A DNA stretch of 64,000 nt from an uncultured bacterium (GTDB taxonomy: Bacteria > Patescibacteriota > Saccharimonadia > Saccharimonadales > UBA4665), in the NCBI GenBank assembly GCA_963815935.1, contig CAWFIL010000008.1, forward strand, positions 162,088 through 226,087, written 5' to 3'. The notes under the pieces were generated by a model. That model ran no database searches. It had not been told where the DNA came from and was given only the letters and a program-made list of their open reading frames with translations. Of the stretch, positions 54,200 to 63,086 are shown one piece after another; within the stretch, counting starts at the first letter, position 1; each line of letters starts with the position of its first letter. Both the position numbers and the translations under genes were made by a program.

Positions 54200-56023
54200 A
54201 TGGGAAACGTGAGAAAAACTACTACTACTCAAACCGCCAAGAGGCCATCATCAGTTTCAGGCAAGAAGAAAGTTTCAAATACTTCTTGGTTAGCGCGCAT
54301 GCGCATGACGCGCTATGGCAAGCCGCTGGTGTATGTATTTGTTTTTATGCTCATTGGGGTGGGTACGCTAGCGTACACCTCAGCGGCTACCACAACATAT
54401 GGCATGTGGGGTGGCGATGTAACCCCCAAGATTATTACGGCTGATGATCGCCATGACCTTGAGCTTGGCATGAAGTTCAAACCAACGGTCGCTGGCTATG
54501 TTACGGGCGTACGTTTCTATAAGGGCGCTCAGAATAAAGGTACACATACAGGAAGCCTATGGAACTCTAACGGCCACCTGTTGGCCACGGTCACATTCGA
54601 GAACGAGACGGCAAACGGTTGGCAAACGGCCGCCTTTGACCATCCTGTTAGTGTTGCTGCGAATGTGACATATGTAGTGTCTTACCATGCGCCAATGGGT
54701 CGGTATTCGGTTAACTTCCATTACTTTAGCGAAAGTTCACGTCAGCACAAAAAACTGGTTGCTCTTAAGGCTAGCAAGCATAGCGCCAATGGAGTGTATA
54801 AATACGGCAATGGTACTAGGTTCCCCGACGAGGATGGCTCCGGAGCTAACTACTGGGTAGATGTTGTTTTTACCAACAAGCTATTTAACGCACCAGAAGC
54901 ACCTGCGGCGCCCGGTAACCTTACTGCAAATGTCCAGAGTGATAAAAGCGTAGTCCTCCGTTGGCAGGCAAGCAGTAGTGCTAGTCCGATCGCTGCGTAC
55001 CAAGTATATCGCGACAGCCAACAGCTTGCCACGACCGCGGATACCAGCTACCAAGATACGACCGCCGAGGCTGGCAAAACGTATACATACGACGTCCGTG
55101 CGGTTGATAGTACGGGTGCCAAGTCGGCAGCTTCAATCGGGGTAGTTGTCGGTATTCCTTCCAACCCAAGCAGTGGCGGAAGTAGTAGCGGCAATGGCGG
55201 TAGCAGCGGCGGATCTGGGTCTAACTCTGGATCGGGTTCTTCGGGCAGTAATACGGGTGGCAACTCAAGCGGCGGTAGCCCTAGTGGTCCTAGTACGGGC
55301 AGCGCAGCGGATCTCTTTAATGCCTCCAAAAAAGAGATTGCTATGGAGCTGGTCTCGAGTGCCGAGAATTCCTCGCTCAACTGGAAGGCGCAGTATGCAT
55401 ATATCGAAGATATCGGTGACGGTCGCGGTTACACTGGGGGCATCATCGGCTTCTGCTCCGGTACGAGTGACATGCTGGCTATGATTCAGTATTATAACCA
55501 GATACAGCCAGGCAATATTCTTGCTAAATACATCCCAGCCCTGCAAAAGGTCAATGGAACTGCTTCGCACTCTGGCCTAGGTGATGCGTTCGTAAATGAT
55601 TGGAAGGCGGCCGCCAAAGATGTCAAGTTCCAGGAGGCGCAGGACTACGAGCGTGATACGGTATACTTCAACCCCTCGGTCAACCAGGCTATTGGTGACG
55701 GCCTGCATGCGCTTGGGCAATTTACCTACTACGATGCCATGGTGATGCATGGCCCTGGTAATGATCCGGTGAGCTTTGGTGGCATCCGTGCTACGGCTAT
55801 GAAGAAGGCTAAAACTCCCGCACAGGGCGGCGACGAGACTGCGTACATCAACGCTTTCCTCGACGCCCGTAAGGCGGCCATGCTCACCGAGGCAGCACAC
55901 GACAACACCGATCGTGTCGATACCGAACAGCGCGTATTTTTGCAGCAAAGCAACCTCAACCTAGACCCGCCACTTCGTTGGACAGTGTATGGCGACGCAT
56001 ACGCAATAACAACCAATCCCTAG
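54200..56023 (+). CDS. Secreted or anchored multidomain protein: DUF4082, fibronectin type III, G/S linker, GH46 chitosanase
   Basis: TM/signal at residues about 40-60. DUF4082-like segment GMKFKPTVAGYVTGVRFYKG...GWQTAAF. Fn3 segment LRWQAS...YQVYRD...YTYDVRAVD. GH46 core ELVSSAENSSLNWKAQYAYIEDIGDGRGYTGGIIGFCSGT from nt 55310. Confidence 0.88.
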   Translation: MGNVRKTTTTQTAKRPSSVSGKKKVSNTSWLARMRMTRYGKPLVYVFVFMLIGVGTLAYTSAATTTYGMWGGDVTPKIITADDRHDLELGMKFKPTVAGYVTGVRFYKGAQNKGTHTGSLWNSNGHLLATVTFENETANGWQTAAFDHPVSVAANVTYVVSYHAPMGRYSVNFHYFSESSRQHKKLVALKASKHSANGVYKYGNGTRFPDEDGSGANYWVDVVFTNKLFNAPEAPAAPGNLTANVQSDKSVVLRWQASSSASPIAAYQVYRDSQQLATTADTSYQDTTAEAGKTYTYDVRAVDSTGAKSAASIGVVVGIPSNPSSGGSSSGNGGSSGGSGSNSGSGSSGSNTGGNSSGGSPSGPSTGSAADLFNASKKEIAMELVSSAENSSLNWKAQYAYIEDIGDGRGYTGGIIGFCSGTSDMLAMIQYYNQIQPGNILAKYIPALQKVNGTASHSGLGDAFVNDWKAAAKDVKFQEAQDYERDTVYFNPSVNQAIGDGLHALGQFTYYDAMVMHGPGNDPVSFGGIRATAMKKAKTPAQGGDETAYINAFLDARKAAMLTEAAHDNTDRVDTEQRVFLQQSNLNLDPPLRWTVYGDAYAITTNP

Positions 56024-56068
56024 CTGAGTGCGTTGTTTAGCTACGAGCGCAGTAAGTGTGTAGTAATC

Positions 56069-56077
56069 TGTTATAAT
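56069..56077 (+). promoter_or_regulatory. Extended -10 (TGTTATAAT) for tRNA-Arg(CCG)
   Basis: It ends 8 nt before the tRNA 5' end. Confidence 0.5.
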
Positions 56078-56085
56078 AGCCGCAT

Positions 56086-56162
56086 GCGCCCGTAGCTCAG
56101 CTGGATAGAGCGTTGGTTTCCGGTACCAAAGGCCGGGGGTTCGAATCCCTTCGGGCGTACCA
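56086..56162 (+). tRNA. tRNA-Arg (anticodon CCG), CCA encoded
   Basis: Acceptor GCGCCCG/CGGGCGT and anticodon arm TTGGT-TTCCGGT-ACCAA. Confidence 0.9.
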
Positions 56163-56186
56163 CGTATAGAAGTATTCCCTAAAATT

Positions 56187-57227
56187 ATGATAAGAGTAGG
56201 CTTAGTAGGTTTGCCCAACGCAGGCAAGAGCACCTTGTTCAATTTTCTGACTGGCGCCGAAGCGCTCATTGCTCCCTATCCGTTTTCGACCGTTACGCCC
56301 AACAAGGCAAACCTAAAGTTTTACGACAAAACTGCCGACGACTTGGCTTTGGCGGTTAAGGCCCCCGATGTCTTGCGCACAGAAGTTGAAGTGTGGGATA
56401 TAGCCGGGTTGATTGAGAATGCCAGCCAAGGCGAGGGTCTGGGCAATGAGTTTCTGGGGCAGATAAAAGATTGTGATGTTATCGTCCATGTTGTACGAGT
56501 TACTAAAGATAGCACGCCAGACTCCATAGCAGCTGATCTCAGGACTGTGTTGACCGAGGTTGCACTATTTGATCACAAGTGTCTGCTCAAGCCATTCGAG
56601 AAGGCGCGTCGCATGGCCCGTCTTTATCCAGGTAGCACTAGCCATATGCGAGCCGATCACGTCTTTAGCAAGGCATATTATGGCACTCAAGAGGGCAAGC
56701 TAGCTGCTGACGTGGTTACTGACAAGGAGTTGGATGAACTGAGAGAGGTTGGTCTAGTGTCGACAAAGCCACGTATCGTGCTGTTCAACGTGGATACTAC
56801 CGACACCGAGGCAATCACTGGTATCCGCAGCCCCGACCTGTCAGAGAACCTGCTGGAGCTTTCTGCTCTGCTCTCGATGTCTGCCGAGGAGCGGGCGTTT
56901 TTGGGCTACGACGATGAGCCCATCCGACGGTTTTTGGAGCAATACTGCCAGCAACTGCTAGAAAAGGGCAGGGCCAAACGATTTTATACCGTGGGGCATC
57001 TAGGCGTTGGCCAGTGGGTTATAGGCGTTGATGCCGATGCCAAAAATTGTTCCCAGCTAGTGCACGGCGAGCTGAGCGATATGCTCAAAGGCGTAAAAGT
57101 AGCACGCCCCGCCGACTTTATGCAGTGTATAAGCTGGCAATCGGTCACTAAGCAAGGCTTGGCACGCAAGTATGGACCGGGGTATATCCCTCATGACGGG
57201 GATGTCTTGTATTTTGAGACTACCTAG
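56187..57227 (+). CDS. ychF: YchF/OLA1-like P-loop GTPase/ATPase
   Basis: G1 motif GLPNAGKSTLFN, G3 motif DIAGL, and GEGLGNEFLGQIKDCDVIVHVVR. Confidence 0.8.
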   Translation: MIRVGLVGLPNAGKSTLFNFLTGAEALIAPYPFSTVTPNKANLKFYDKTADDLALAVKAPDVLRTEVEVWDIAGLIENASQGEGLGNEFLGQIKDCDVIVHVVRVTKDSTPDSIAADLRTVLTEVALFDHKCLLKPFEKARRMARLYPGSTSHMRADHVFSKAYYGTQEGKLAADVVTDKELDELREVGLVSTKPRIVLFNVDTTDTEAITGIRSPDLSENLLELSALLSMSAEERAFLGYDDEPIRRFLEQYCQQLLEKGRAKRFYTVGHLGVGQWVIGVDADAKNCSQLVHGELSDMLKGVKVARPADFMQCISWQSVTKQGLARKYGPGYIPHDGDVLYFETT

Positions 57228-57257
57228 CGATCAGCTGTAGTAATTTATGGAATCTTG

Positions 57258-57285
57258 TTGACAAGACTTCCTCTATATTTATATC
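57258..57285 (+). promoter_or_regulatory. Candidate promoter of the 57316-63000 operon
   Basis: TTGACA, 16 nt spacer, TATATC. RBS AAGGGGA precedes ATG 57316. Confidence 0.4.
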
Positions 57286-57315
57286 TTTAAGGCGGGAAAT
57301 ATAAGGGGAAAAATT

Positions 57316-58509
57316 ATGCCAATACCGCAAATGGAAGCTTTGTGGGCTTCTAATCCTAATCTTGATTTAGCTGATGGACAGCCAGAGGAGTTCGCACCTT
57401 TAGTGGAGCACCTGGCTGCAAACATTGCCGCGAAGACCGCTGCACTCGAAGCAGAAGGGCACAGTATTGAAGTGCTTGGTCCAGAATGGAGCCGTGCCAA
57501 CCCGGTTGAAGCTGGTCGACTGCACGCCAAGGCTATTCTTGCTACCTATAGCAATACTTATGCATTGCCAAATAAGGATCCTCTCGCCAATCAAGCGGCC
57601 GTTGAGTCGGGCGAACTAGATCTATACTTTATGGCTGTTGATGGGAAGGTGACCGGCACTACATGTTTGGTGGACGTAGGTGGTGGCCGTGCAGAGCTGG
57701 GCCGTTCGGCCAGTGCTGGCGGCAGCGGTAACACCATTATCCAGGATATGCGCATTCTTGACTGGCTGACCCGCCAGGAGGTTTCGGACAAGTACCACAC
57801 GCTCTTTACCACACTGCGTAATGCACCTGATCGTGTGATTGAGGGCGACGATAGCGAATGTTTCGTTATGCGTGGCGGGCAGGCAATCACCGGCCACTGG
57901 AAGAAGTTTCCGGGGCTTATGGTGAGCGGCGTTGCACCACTATATCTTAAGCATGGCGCGCTTGAGCAGTTCACTTGTGCCTCATTGTCGCGTAATCGTC
58001 TCGACCCAACACGTCCGTTGTACGTTGAGGATGAGACTGCGGCGCGTTTTGTCGGGGACTGGCACAAGTTTTACGGTCTGCCTCAGCCGCAAGTGGGCGA
58101 AGGCAGTGGACAGGCCTCACCGCTTGCTTTCGAAGCACACTACCCTCCGGCCGAAAGCGGTCTTACGGGTTTGGTACATGCCGATGTTGTGGCTTCGGCT
58201 GGCGAGCGTTCACGGGGTCTTACTGACTGTCTGTCCGAGGTTGAGGTAGCCGGCTCTCCATTCACCCAGATTGTGATGCCTATCGATCGCGACACGCGAG
58301 CATTACAGGCTGCGTTGCTCGAGAGTGGCTACCAGGTCTACGGCTACCAGCCAGCCGACGAGTTGAGCAGTGCTTCATTGATGTTTGGCAAGGTTCGACC
58401 AGGGACCCCAGTCGTTCCCACGCATTGGAGTGAGGCCGGTAACGTCAGCCCGTTCTGGCCGGATGAAGGGCTACACGGGTTGGCTGAGGCAGTCGCGTCG
58501 CAATGGTAG
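57316..58509 (+). CDS. Hypothetical protein, possibly a tandem GNAT-like (Fem-like size) fold
   Basis: 397 aa with no clear motif. GRAELGRSASAGGSGNTIIQDM and a C-terminal ...ALLESGYQVYGYQP are only vaguely GNAT-like. Confidence 0.6.
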   Translation: MPIPQMEALWASNPNLDLADGQPEEFAPLVEHLAANIAAKTAALEAEGHSIEVLGPEWSRANPVEAGRLHAKAILATYSNTYALPNKDPLANQAAVESGELDLYFMAVDGKVTGTTCLVDVGGGRAELGRSASAGGSGNTIIQDMRILDWLTRQEVSDKYHTLFTTLRNAPDRVIEGDDSECFVMRGGQAITGHWKKFPGLMVSGVAPLYLKHGALEQFTCASLSRNRLDPTRPLYVEDETAARFVGDWHKFYGLPQPQVGEGSGQASPLAFEAHYPPAESGLTGLVHADVVASAGERSRGLTDCLSEVEVAGSPFTQIVMPIDRDTRALQAALLESGYQVYGYQPADELSSASLMFGKVRPGTPVVPTHWSEAGNVSPFWPDEGLHGLAEAVASQW

Positions 58510-59696
58510 CCCCCGAACTTACTTCTGGCGCGCTTTTGGACCAGCAAGTACTGGACACTGAATTTGAGGTAGTGGCCGTAGAGTCACGATCAGTCGAGCT
58601 TGACCTATGCGAGCCGATGACCTTATCGTTTGGTACCTTCGCTAGCCGACCTTCGGGTTGGCTAGCGCTGAGCTGCGAAGCAAACGGTCGCGCAGTAATG
58701 GGCTACGGTGAAGGTGCTACCTTGCCAGAGCCGGTGTTCACTGATGACAGTGGCCACAATATCGCGAACAACATGCAGGAACTTGTTGCCGATATCGCCA
58801 GCCAAGAGGATCATAGCGTACGGGCTGCCATCCAAACTATTCGTGATCATGCATTTGTCGACGGTGCACGCTACCCGACGGCTCGATTGGCCGCCGAAAT
58901 GGCCGTTTTGGATGTGGCCACTAAATCGCAGCAGACTTCTGTGCGAGAGTTCATTGGGTTGCCGGCCTCCATAACTGAGGTGCCGTATGGCAAAAGCATT
59001 GGCGGTGCCAATGAGACTGCCATTCTGCGCCAAGCGGAGGTTGCACTCGAAAATAATGCCCAGAAGATTAAAATAAAGGTCTCTCCGGGCTTGTTCGAGG
59101 ATGTGGTGAGTGCGGTTGCTGTGCTTAGGCGTGCGCATCCTGGCGTCGATGTCATGGTGGACGCCAACGGCGGCTTTGATCCTACCAACCCCGATCACCT
59201 GCGTATGCTCCGTGGCTTAGACGAACAAGGATTGATCATGGTAGAAGAACCGGTGTCGCGTGTTGGTCGGCTCCGTGGTTTGTCTGCAGTGCGCGCTTTA
59301 CGCCAGGCACTACCCGACTTGCGTACTCCGATTTGTCTGGATGATAGCCTGCAGACGCTTGGAGATTGTGAAACTGCCGTCGATGAAGGGCTTGCAGATA
59401 TCATTAACATCAAGCCGGGCCGGATTGGTTCATTTATGCAGTCACTTGAGCTTGCAGATTATGCAAACACACGGGAGGTTGGCGTCATGGTTGGTGGTAT
59501 GCTTGAGGGTACTCCGGGCCGTTGTATGACAACGCTACTGGGTGCCTACTGTATGTATCAAGGATGTCAGGTACCAGGCGATCTGTCGTTGGCGCAAGAA
59601 CGTCTGGCGAGTGATCTGGTGCCACCAGAAAAGCAATTAAGCCTGAGCCCGCGTGGCAATATTCTGTTGCCCGACGGCCTAGGATGGGGATTTTAG
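58503..59696 (+). CDS. Enolase-superfamily enzyme of the MLE subgroup (dipeptide epimerase / N-acylamino-acid racemase / OSBS-like)
   Basis: KxK in AQKIKIKV. Metal ligands in MVDANGGF, MVEEP and CLDDS. Second catalytic Lys in INIKPGRIG. Confidence 0.85.
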   Translation: MVAPELTSGALLDQQVLDTEFEVVAVESRSVELDLCEPMTLSFGTFASRPSGWLALSCEANGRAVMGYGEGATLPEPVFTDDSGHNIANNMQELVADIASQEDHSVRAAIQTIRDHAFVDGARYPTARLAAEMAVLDVATKSQQTSVREFIGLPASITEVPYGKSIGGANETAILRQAEVALENNAQKIKIKVSPGLFEDVVSAVAVLRRAHPGVDVMVDANGGFDPTNPDHLRMLRGLDEQGLIMVEEPVSRVGRLRGLSAVRALRQALPDLRTPICLDDSLQTLGDCETAVDEGLADIINIKPGRIGSFMQSLELADYANTREVGVMVGGMLEGTPGRCMTTLLGAYCMYQGCQVPGDLSLAQERLASDLVPPEKQLSLSPRGNILLPDGLGWGF

Positions 59697-59698
59697 AT

Positions 59699-60748
59699 AT
59701 GGCTATAGAAGTTATGTACCAGCCGTTAGATATGCCAGATACCGAAGCACTACGGGCAGAGTATGGGGTTGAATTTGTCGAAGCGACACCAAATCAAACG
59801 AGTGACTTTGGGGCGATGTGTGATCGCCTACTCCAAGAACGCATTGCGCTCGACGGGCAGTGTGCCAACGTTGGCATAGTCGCGACCGGTCCAGCGGTAA
59901 TATACCAACCATCTGTCTTTTTGGCGACGAAACCAACTACCGAGCAAATTAAGCAAATTAATGATCACGAAACAGGCCGTGTTGCCGATTATACCGTTGG
60001 CGTGCAGGCGGAACTTGCTAAGGTCCCCATCGTTGAATCGGGGGATCGCATGGTTGATCTACGCACGTGGTTTGCTGCGGAGGATGTGGCGACGACCTTT
60101 AGTGATAAGCCCTACCATGCCGCATGTGGCGAATGGGCAGGCCAGCCTCGTGTGTTCTGGGCGCGGGAGGGTTTTGCACAGCGATTGGCCTTGATGGGTA
60201 GGCTGCTCGATACTGCTGATGTTGACTTGCACTTTGAAGACGCCTTTAGGCCTGTTGGCGTGCAGGAGGGGCTTTTTAAACGACGCGTTGCTTGGACTAA
60301 GGCAGATCACCCAGATTGGACCGACGAGCAAATCATAACTGAGGCCCAGAGCAAGACCGCCGTAAAGCCCCGACTAGCATCCCATAAGGGTGGCGCAGCT
60401 GCTGATGCACGGCTTCGCGATCGGGCAACCAACGAGCTGCTCGACTTTGGCCACGAATATCCCGATGGCGGTGCGCTGGTCTTTCCGCGTACGCCGTTTA
60501 TTACTGCTGAACAATGGCGCAACCGGCAGCTCTTCCAGGTGGCTGCAGGCCTGAGTGGTCTGACGCTGTACGTAGGCGAAGACTGGCACGTCAGCTATGG
60601 CGACAATCTTGGCTCACTCGACGAACACGGTCAAGTGCGGCCTGATTACGTGGCTCAGTACGGTCCCATCAAAGACTTTGACCGCCGGGATGGCACCATC
60701 ACTGCGATTTATGGGCCCAACGAGATGGATCAGGTGTTTGACCACTAA
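59699..60748 (+). CDS. M15 (VanX/DdpX-like) D-Ala-D-Ala-type dipeptidase with an N-terminal extension of about 170 aa
   Basis: DAFRP (compare DGYRP), SHKGGAAAD (SxHxxGxAxD) and EDWHVSY (ExWH) Zn-site motifs. Confidence 0.75.
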   Translation: MAIEVMYQPLDMPDTEALRAEYGVEFVEATPNQTSDFGAMCDRLLQERIALDGQCANVGIVATGPAVIYQPSVFLATKPTTEQIKQINDHETGRVADYTVGVQAELAKVPIVESGDRMVDLRTWFAAEDVATTFSDKPYHAACGEWAGQPRVFWAREGFAQRLALMGRLLDTADVDLHFEDAFRPVGVQEGLFKRRVAWTKADHPDWTDEQIITEAQSKTAVKPRLASHKGGAAADARLRDRATNELLDFGHEYPDGGALVFPRTPFITAEQWRNRQLFQVAAGLSGLTLYVGEDWHVSYGDNLGSLDEHGQVRPDYVAQYGPIKDFDRRDGTITAIYGPNEMDQVFDH

Positions 60749-60801
60749 TATTGCATATTTCATAATACAATGCTGCATACGCTATAATACGAGAGGAAAC
60801 G

Positions 60802-61743
60802 ATGATCGAAGGACTGAACGTACCGTTCATGGAACAGGACGAATCAATGCACATGCAAGACCGTGTTGCTGAAGTGACTAAAGTTATCCGCAATGACGCG
60901 CTGATTGAAGCCGCCCCTACGCTAGACTATTTTGACCCGAATTGCCTTGAGCAGCCTGGTGGCAGTATCTACTACGGTACTGGTCTTACGACTCCTAATG
61001 CTATTTCGGAAGGGTTACCGTTTGACACGCTCGGCATGATGCTGACAGCCGAAAAAGTGCGTCGGGCGGGCAATCTCGAAACGGTGTACCATCACATTGC
61101 CGACACGCACGCCAAAACGAACAGCTGGATTGACCCGGTAGCTGTCGATGCAGTTGCCGACCGGACGGTCGGTGCCCTTGAGCAAATTAAGCACAATCTT
61201 GGTTTGGAACATTTCCAGTTTGTATTGTCATCCTCGTTCGATAATGACCCAGAATATCAGGCGCTCGTTGAAAGCTTTAGCAGCTCAGAGGAGCACGAGT
61301 ATGTCCGCCGCGAAATGGCCGATATGGAATGGTACCGTACCCGTGGCGATGTGCGTATTAAGATGGGCTGGGTTATCCAGGCCAAGGAAACCGACATGGG
61401 CTTTGACGAGCGGCGTTTTGACCGCGAGTATCTGCGCTTTCATCCCGGCCAGATGTCCTTTGTCTATACAAAGCCGGGTCGCACCTTTGACACCAGCCGC
61501 CCAAAGGCGTCACCGTACATCTCGGTAGCTGGAGAACCCCGTCTAAGGCTTGCACCCGGCATCGATGTCGACGAAGTGTTCGCTGCCACTGGCGACCCCA
61601 ATCTGGGCGGCGCCAAGAAACACTTAGCCACCATTGTCCGTGCCTATGAAGATTTGTATGGCAGCCTGGGCAAAATCGGACACGATGGCGTTACGTTGAA
61701 CGGTAAAATCCAACATATTATTAACACTTGTTTTGCTACTTAG
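60802..61743 (+). CDS. Hypothetical protein with a faint class-Ic aaRS-like (TyrRS/TrpRS/CDPS-fold) pattern
   Basis: 313 aa. YYGTGLTTPN...(26 aa)...VYHHIADTHA and IKMGWVIQ loosely mirror the PxxG...xxDxHA and GxDQ spacing of TrpRS/TyrRS. There is no HIGH or KMSKS motif. The gene ends 6 nt before tyrS. Confidence 0.6.
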   Translation: MIEGLNVPFMEQDESMHMQDRVAEVTKVIRNDALIEAAPTLDYFDPNCLEQPGGSIYYGTGLTTPNAISEGLPFDTLGMMLTAEKVRRAGNLETVYHHIADTHAKTNSWIDPVAVDAVADRTVGALEQIKHNLGLEHFQFVLSSSFDNDPEYQALVESFSSSEEHEYVRREMADMEWYRTRGDVRIKMGWVIQAKETDMGFDERRFDREYLRFHPGQMSFVYTKPGRTFDTSRPKASPYISVAGEPRLRLAPGIDVDEVFAATGDPNLGGAKKHLATIVRAYEDLYGSLGKIGHDGVTLNGKIQHIINTCFAT

Positions 61744-61749
61744 CTTATT

Positions 61750-63000
61750 ATGGAATTTATGAACCAACCTCTAGATCACGAGCCAATCACACGTGAAGCC
61801 GTTGACCAAATGCTCGAAACGGCACAGATCGTCTTGCCTGAAGACGGTGTATTTAACAAATTAGCAAGCGCCGAAGAAGAAGGCCGTGCGCTGCGGGTCA
61901 AGATGGGCTTTGACCCAACCAGCCCCGACTTACATCTGGGGCATGCAGTGTCTATGCACATGCTTCGCCGCTTCCAGGATATGGGGCATACGCCGGTCAT
62001 TATCATCGGTGACTTTACTGGCCGAATTGGTGACCCAACCGGTCGCAACCAAGCGCGTCCCCTTGTATCTCCCGACGAGATTGCACGGAACTCCGAGACG
62101 TATATCGACCAGCTAGGCAAGGTACTTGATATATCCAAGATTGAAGTCAGGCGGAACTCCGAATGGCTCGAAGGTATGACACTTACCGACGTTATTCACC
62201 TCTTGTCGCAAGGTACGCTGTCTCAGGTAATTACCCGGGATGACTTTCGTCAGCGCCTAGATGCCGGCTCCCCAATCGCATTGCACGAAATCGTATACCC
62301 GTTACTGCAGGGTATGGACTCAGTTGCCATAGATGCTGACATCGAAATCGGCGGTGTCGACCAGCTATACGCTTTTCAGGCTGCTCGCAGCCTGCAAGGG
62401 AACAAGGGAGTTGACCCAGAGGCACTAGTTATGATGCCGCTATTACGTGGTCTTGATGGCACAAAAAAAATGAGTAAAAGTCTGGGCAACTACGTAGGCC
62501 TAGCCGACCAGCCAAGTGATATGTTTGGCAAGGTCATGTCGACACCCGACTCTGTGCTCGAAGAATACCTGCGCTTAACATCAACTTTTGAACATGACGA
62601 AGTTCAGGCTATGCTTGATAGTATCAAGGCTGGTGAAAACCCTATGAACGTCAAGCTCAAACTCGCTCGCAATATTACGACAACCTACCATGACGAGGCT
62701 GCCGCCGACGAGGCCGAGAGCCACTTTAATCGGCAGTTCCGTAGCCGCAGCGAAGCTGATCGTGAATACCGAATAGTTGATATTGCACGGGGCGTAACTT
62801 CGCTTGTCGACATCCTTATGGAAGCTGGTGTGGCAGCGAGCCGCAACCAAGCGCGTCGGCTTATCGGCGAAGGCGGGGTGCGTATTAACGGCCAAAAGAC
62901 CACACTAGACGAGGCCGACAACCTCACGGACGTTGACGGCTTGCGCATTCGCGCTGGCAAACGGCAATTCTTCCAGACACGTCTGGCCGAGGAGTCATAG
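61750..63000 (+). CDS. tyrS: Tyrosine--tRNA ligase
   Basis: HIGH motif HLGH, KMSKS present, and a C-terminal S4-like domain (SRNQARRLIGEGGVRING). Confidence 0.95.
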   Translation: MEFMNQPLDHEPITREAVDQMLETAQIVLPEDGVFNKLASAEEEGRALRVKMGFDPTSPDLHLGHAVSMHMLRRFQDMGHTPVIIIGDFTGRIGDPTGRNQARPLVSPDEIARNSETYIDQLGKVLDISKIEVRRNSEWLEGMTLTDVIHLLSQGTLSQVITRDDFRQRLDAGSPIALHEIVYPLLQGMDSVAIDADIEIGGVDQLYAFQAARSLQGNKGVDPEALVMMPLLRGLDGTKKMSKSLGNYVGLADQPSDMFGKVMSTPDSVLEEYLRLTSTFEHDEVQAMLDSIKAGENPMNVKLKLARNITTTYHDEAAADEAESHFNRQFRSRSEADREYRIVDIARGVTSLVDILMEAGVAASRNQARRLIGEGGVRINGQKTTLDEADNLTDVDGLRIRAGKRQFFQTRLAEES

Positions 63001-63086
63001 CAACGGTACCCTTGCCATAACCGAGGGTAGTATTGTATAGTATTCGCTAATGACCGCAGGGCATTTGTCTTGCAGTCATTAGCTTT

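Noticed and set aside
55146-55320. I considered the repetitive GGC/AGC-rich DNA as a tandem repeat or a contingency locus.
   Set aside because: It is an in-frame Gly/Ser/Asn linker between the Fn3 and GH46 domains. It is imperfect with no fixed unit length. It could vary in length between strains, but nothing here shows that.
55961-56269. Track ORFs overlap tRNA genes: 55961-56269(-), 41143-41337(+), 41198-41434(-), 30847-31065(-), 30863-31165(-), 63047-63232(-) and 63096-63290(+).
   Set aside because: They span clear tRNA cloverleaves and terminators and have no RBS or protein-like features.
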